This document shows positions 60,190 through 64,000 of a stretch of 64,000 nt of DNA, piece after piece. The translations under genes and the position numbers were made by a program. Origin of the DNA: Thermoanaerobaculia bacterium (GTDB taxonomy: Bacteria; Acidobacteriota; Thermoanaerobaculia; Multivoradales; Multivoraceae); contig OY761158.1 in NCBI GenBank assembly GCA_963664405.1, forward strand, positions 4,288,001-4,352,000. The letters run 5' to 3'. The stretch's first letter is position 1. Each line of letters starts with the position of its first letter. The notes under the pieces were generated by a model that saw nothing but the letters and a program-made list of their open reading frames with translations, ran no database searches and was not told the DNA's origin.

Positions 60190-62648
60190 TGTCTTCACCG
60201 CGATCATCGAAGGGGGTGAGAGCTCCTCGGCCTGGTGTCTGGGTGCTCTCGCGCGATGGCTCGCGCCGACCGTTTCTGCGCGGAATGGTGACTCACGAGC
60301 TCGTGCTGCGGGGGCTCCCCTTCGAGCAGGCCTACGCGTTCGCGAGGGCACTACGCGATCGACTCTCCGATCGAGTGGAGGTTCCCAGCTTCGAGCTCGA
60401 GGAGCTGATCGAAGCGCAGTTGCGTGAAAGCTTCGAGTCTGAGCGGCTTCAGTCACTGGCGGGCGCCGCGCAGTCGCGGAGTCTGCCTTCGGTGGTTCAC
60501 CCGGGCAGTGACCCTCAGCCCTTCTCGCGTGGTTTGCTGGCTCGCAGCCTGGTGGCGGCCGGCCTCGACATCGATCCGGCGTACAACATTGCGACCGACG
60601 TCCAGACCAAGTTCCATATGGAGGGTGTTGAGTCGATCGATAACGCCGCACTGGCACGGGAAGTGGGAGAGCTGTTGGTACAGCGCGACAGCGCGCCCGC
60701 GGCGGCTCAGTATCGAATGATGAGACGCATCGGCCGGCTGCCCCGGCCGCTGGTGGTCTATCTGGCGGGCGCCACTGGAACTGGCAAGTCGACCCTGGCA
60801 CTAGAGCTCGCGCCATTGCTGCGCATTTACCAGATCAATGCGACCGACACCATCCGTCAGGTGATGAGAATGGTGTTCTCGCCGGCGATTCTTCCCGGGC
60901 TCCACCGCTCGAGCTTTCTTGCCGCTGAGCGCGCGGATCTCAGCGAGGATGCCCTCGGTGGAGAACAGCAGGTCTCCGGCTTGGTATTGCGCGGCTTCGA
61001 AGACCAGGCAACCCGTGTTTGCGTTGGCGTTCGAGCCGTGGTGGAGCGGGCGCTGGCCGAGAATATGAGCATCATTATCGAGGGTGTTCATTTGCTTCCC
61101 CCGCTGGTTCCCTTCGCCGATCTCGAGGGTGCTGCCTATCAGGTGATGCTCATGCTCTCGACTCTCGATGGTGAGACCCATCGTTCTCACCTGTTGCACC
61201 GCGATGGTCAAGGCTCTCGTTTGGCTCATCATTATCTCGACAACCTGTCGGCGATACGAGAAGTTCAGGAGTTCCTGCTGTTACAGGCCGAGCAGCACGA
61301 CATTCCGAGTCTGGATACCGGCGACAGAGCCCCCTTGGTCTCTCGTGCGCTGCGACTTGTGGCCGGCACCCTCGAGGAGCAGGCCCCGTGGATCGGAGAG
61401 CTCGAGGGCACCCCTCGACGGACGCCGACCCTGTGTCTGTTTATCGATGGGCTGGCGGACCGGCCGGTTCGGGCTCTCGGCAATCGCACGCCTTTGGAGG
61501 CGGCGGAGACTCCGACGCTGGATCGGTTGGCCCGAGAGGGGGCCTGTGGATTGGCCGATCCGATCGGTCCCAACATCGTTCCCGATACCGCTGGAGGAGC
61601 GCTCGCTCTCTTCGGTCAACCCGAGATGAGCTTGCAGCGGGGGCCGGTCGAGGCGCTGGGTGTTGGCCTCTCTCTTGCGCCGGGAGATGTGGCGCTGCGA
61701 GGTAACTTCGCCACTCTGGACGACGAGGGGCGGGTCGTTGACCGGCGGGCCGGCCGCATCCGCGAGGGTGCCGAAGAGCTTGCACAAGAGCTTGACCACA
61801 TGGAGCTGGTTGACAGCGACGGACGCCCGGTCTTGGTGCGTGTAAGGGCAGCCACCGAGCATCGAATCGCGATCGTGCTGAAAGGGGAGGGTTTGTCCTC
61901 TGCTCTCATTGGCAGCGATCCCGGCGAGGTGGCTCGTCTCGATGTGCCGCTTCCTCCGGCAGCGAGGGAAGTCGGTGACGCGGAAGCGACTCGGACCGCG
62001 GACCTACTTTCCCGTTTCGAGCGTAGAGCTCGCGGAGTCCTTGGTGCTCACGCGGTGAATCGGCAGCGGAGTAAGGAGGGTCTTCCTGTCGCCAACGCGA
62101 TTCTCACCCGGGGTGCTGGGCGCGTGCATGGCCTCAGTGCGGTGGAACCGGGCGGAAAGGCGATCTCTATGTCCTGTATCGGCGGCGACTCGACCGTGCT
62201 TGGCGTCGCCAGCTCGGTGGGAGCGAGGACCCTGAGTGGCGAGGGGATGACTGCGAATCTAGATTCGGATGTGCGGGCCAAGTTCCATCTGGCCCTGACC
62301 GAGATCGAGGAGCAGAATCTGGTAGTGATTCATGTCAAGGGCGCCGACATCGCCGGCCATGATCGTCGACCCGAGCTCAAGAAGGAGTTCCTGGAGAGGC
62401 TCGATCGAGAGCTTGCTTGGTTTCTCGAAAAGCGTTCAGAGGGATTGCGTATTGCCGTAGCTGCGGACCACGCCACGCTCTCGGAGGTAGGCCGACATGG
62501 AGCCGATCCGGTACCGGTCCTGATCTGGGGAGAGGGGGTCGAGGCGGATGCGGTCAGCGCTTTTTCCGAAGCTGATGTCGTGACCGGTCGGTTGGGAAGG
62601 TTTCCTCTGCGCAATTTCCTCGACAGGTTCATGAGCCCTAGTCCGTGA
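60189..62648 (+). CDS. Fusion: 2x ATP-cone + 2-phosphoglycerate kinase-like + ApgM-type phosphoglycerate mutase-like
   Basis: PFLRG/PFSRG cones; GATGTGKST, TDTIRQVMR, IIEGVHL; DGLAD..TPLEAA.TP.LD, RGNFAT, DRRAGR, HVKGADIAGHD, ADHAT, HGADPVP. Confidence 0.85.
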   Translation: MSSPRSSKGVRAPRPGVWVLSRDGSRRPFLRGMVTHELVLRGLPFEQAYAFARALRDRLSDRVEVPSFELEELIEAQLRESFESERLQSLAGAAQSRSLPSVVHPGSDPQPFSRGLLARSLVAAGLDIDPAYNIATDVQTKFHMEGVESIDNAALAREVGELLVQRDSAPAAAQYRMMRRIGRLPRPLVVYLAGATGTGKSTLALELAPLLRIYQINATDTIRQVMRMVFSPAILPGLHRSSFLAAERADLSEDALGGEQQVSGLVLRGFEDQATRVCVGVRAVVERALAENMSIIIEGVHLLPPLVPFADLEGAAYQVMLMLSTLDGETHRSHLLHRDGQGSRLAHHYLDNLSAIREVQEFLLLQAEQHDIPSLDTGDRAPLVSRALRLVAGTLEEQAPWIGELEGTPRRTPTLCLFIDGLADRPVRALGNRTPLEAAETPTLDRLAREGACGLADPIGPNIVPDTAGGALALFGQPEMSLQRGPVEALGVGLSLAPGDVALRGNFATLDDEGRVVDRRAGRIREGAEELAQELDHMELVDSDGRPVLVRVRAATEHRIAIVLKGEGLSSALIGSDPGEVARLDVPLPPAAREVGDAEATRTADLLSRFERRARGVLGAHAVNRQRSKEGLPVANAILTRGAGRVHGLSAVEPGGKAISMSCIGGDSTVLGVASSVGARTLSGEGMTANLDSDVRAKFHLALTEIEEQNLVVIHVKGADIAGHDRRPELKKEFLERLDRELAWFLEKRSEGLRIAVAADHATLSEVGRHGADPVPVLIWGEGVEADAVSAFSEADVVTGRLGRFPLRNFLDRFMSPSP

Positions 62649-62989
62649 GGGTGTGAAGTCTTCCACAGCTTCTGCGGAAATGTTTGTGGAAAACGGCCTC
62701 GAATGAGGCCTTGGAAATGCGCTTTCAAGGCGACCGTACCGCTTTGAACAGATCCTTGTGCAAGGGCGTAAGTAATTAAAAGCAAGTAAGTTACTTCGTT
62801 CTCAGCGTAACGCCTCCGAGCCTGAGCTCGGGCCGGGGCAAGACTGATTTCCGCAGCGCTGGCGAGCCGGCCCCTCTCATCTCTCTAAGTCGTGCGTTCG
62901 GGGGAACTTACGAACCCCGCCTGAGGTCTTGGTCAACGCGGGTGGAGGGAAGCGTGTGATACCTTTTTTGACTTCCGGAGCCTCTGAAG

Positions 62990-64000
62990 TTGGCCGTCGC
63001 GAAGCCTCTCAAACAGACACCGATCCACCAGTGCCATGTGGAGCTCGGTGGCCGCCTCGTCGAGTTCGCCGGTTGGGAGATGCCGGTTAGCTACAGCGGG
63101 GTGATCGAGGAGCATCGAGCGGTGCGATCGGCCGCCGGCCTCTTCGACGTTTCTCACATGGGCGAGATTCGAGTTCGGGGCGAGGGGGCCGAGGCTTTTG
63201 TCGATCGACTCACTCCGAACCGAGTCGAGGGACTCGCGAATGGGCGAGCTCAGTACAGCGCGCTACTCAACGAAGACGGCGCTTACATCGATGATCTCTT
63301 GGTCTACCGTTTTGCTGAGAACGACTTTCTTCTGGTGGTGAATGCCGGCAACACGGAAGTAGACCTGGAGTGGGTCGCGAGTCACGCTGGAGGACGGGTA
63401 GTGGTTGAAGACGTTTCGGAGGAGACGGCTCTGCTCGCCCTGCAAGGACCCGTCTCGGAGAAGATTCTCGGACGGGTTACTTCGCTGGACCTCGAAGGCC
63501 TCACCTACTACCGGTTCGTAAGTGGAGTCGTCTGCGGTGTGGAGATGACGGTGTCGCGAACCGGCTACACTGGTGAGGATGGCTTTGAGCTCTACCTGCC
63601 GTCGACCCTCGCCGCCTCGGTCTGGGAGCAGCTACTCGATGCCGGAGACGATTCGGGTCTCGTGCCAGTCGGACTGGGAGCCCGTGATACCTTGCGCTTG
63701 GAGGCGGGGCTCGCTCTTTACGGTCACGAGATCGACGCGACAGTGACTCCACTCGAAGCGGGCCTGGCATGGGTGGTCAAGCTCGACGGAAGCGACTTTA
63801 TCGGCAAGAGCGCATTGTTGCGTCAGCGGCAAGACGGCGTTCCGAGGAAGCTCGTCGGGCTGGAGCTCGAAGGGCGACGGATCGCTCGCCAGGGAGCCGA
63901 GGTTCTGTCGGGAGAAGTAGTTGTCGGCAGCGTTACCAGCGGCACCTGGAGCCCGACACTCGAGAAGCCGATCGGCTTGGCTCTGGTGGACGCCGCCTGT
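62990..64000 (+). CDS. gcvT: Glycine cleavage system aminomethyltransferase (partial, runs off window)
   Basis: FAGWEMPVSY, GLFDVSHMGE, SRTGYTGEDGFE, GARDTLRLEAG; TTG start 62990. Confidence 0.93.
   Translation, partial: MAVAKPLKQTPIHQCHVELGGRLVEFAGWEMPVSYSGVIEEHRAVRSAAGLFDVSHMGEIRVRGEGAEAFVDRLTPNRVEGLANGRAQYSALLNEDGAYIDDLLVYRFAENDFLLVVNAGNTEVDLEWVASHAGGRVVVEDVSEETALLALQGPVSEKILGRVTSLDLEGLTYYRFVSGVVCGVEMTVSRTGYTGEDGFELYLPSTLAASVWEQLLDAGDDSGLVPVGLGARDTLRLEAGLALYGHEIDATVTPLEAGLAWVVKLDGSDFIGKSALLRQRQDGVPRKLVGLELEGRRIARQGAEVLSGEVVVGSVTSGTWSPTLEKPIGLALVDAAC

Noticed and set aside
62800-62990. Glycine riboswitch upstream of gcvT
   Set aside because: Conserved GGAGA/CCGAAG/CTCTCAGG aptamer elements are not recognisable by eye; an Rfam scan would be decisive

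Overview
GC-rich (roughly 60-65% by eye) bacterial chromosome segment. Gene content (TPR/FG-GAP/ASPIC protein, kinase-PD40 propeller remnant, sulfatases, sigma54 activators) suggests an Acidobacteriota-like genome, possibly a MAG (inference). Layout: 0-12 kb catabolic/accessory genes; 12-38 kb mostly core genes (Xaa-Pro peptidase, NSS transporter, selB, yqeY, ntrYX-like pair, lpxC, smpB, uvrA, a sigma54 activator plus RsbW/V/U-like partner-switching operon, pcm, tRNA-Ala); 38-56 kb accessory region with several gene fragments and a head-to-tail tandem pair of ISAzo13-family elements; 56-64 kb ElaB-like/phosphoesterase/M16 operon ending in a 2-phosphoglycerate-kinase::ApgM-mutase fusion, then gcvT. 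Best leads: (1) the ATP-cone/2PGK/ApgM fusion; (2) a complete sigma54 promoter architecture driving an unannotated 51-aa membrane peptide and a sigma-less partner switch, next to a GVATGV-motif activator; (3) a sigma54 promoter ahead of lpxC-DUF4390-ntrYX; (4) the IS dimer; (5) a 167-bp MITE. Several single-base frameshifts look like long-read consensus errors, while the larger internal deletions look like real decay. All family calls are by motif recognition; no database was searched.
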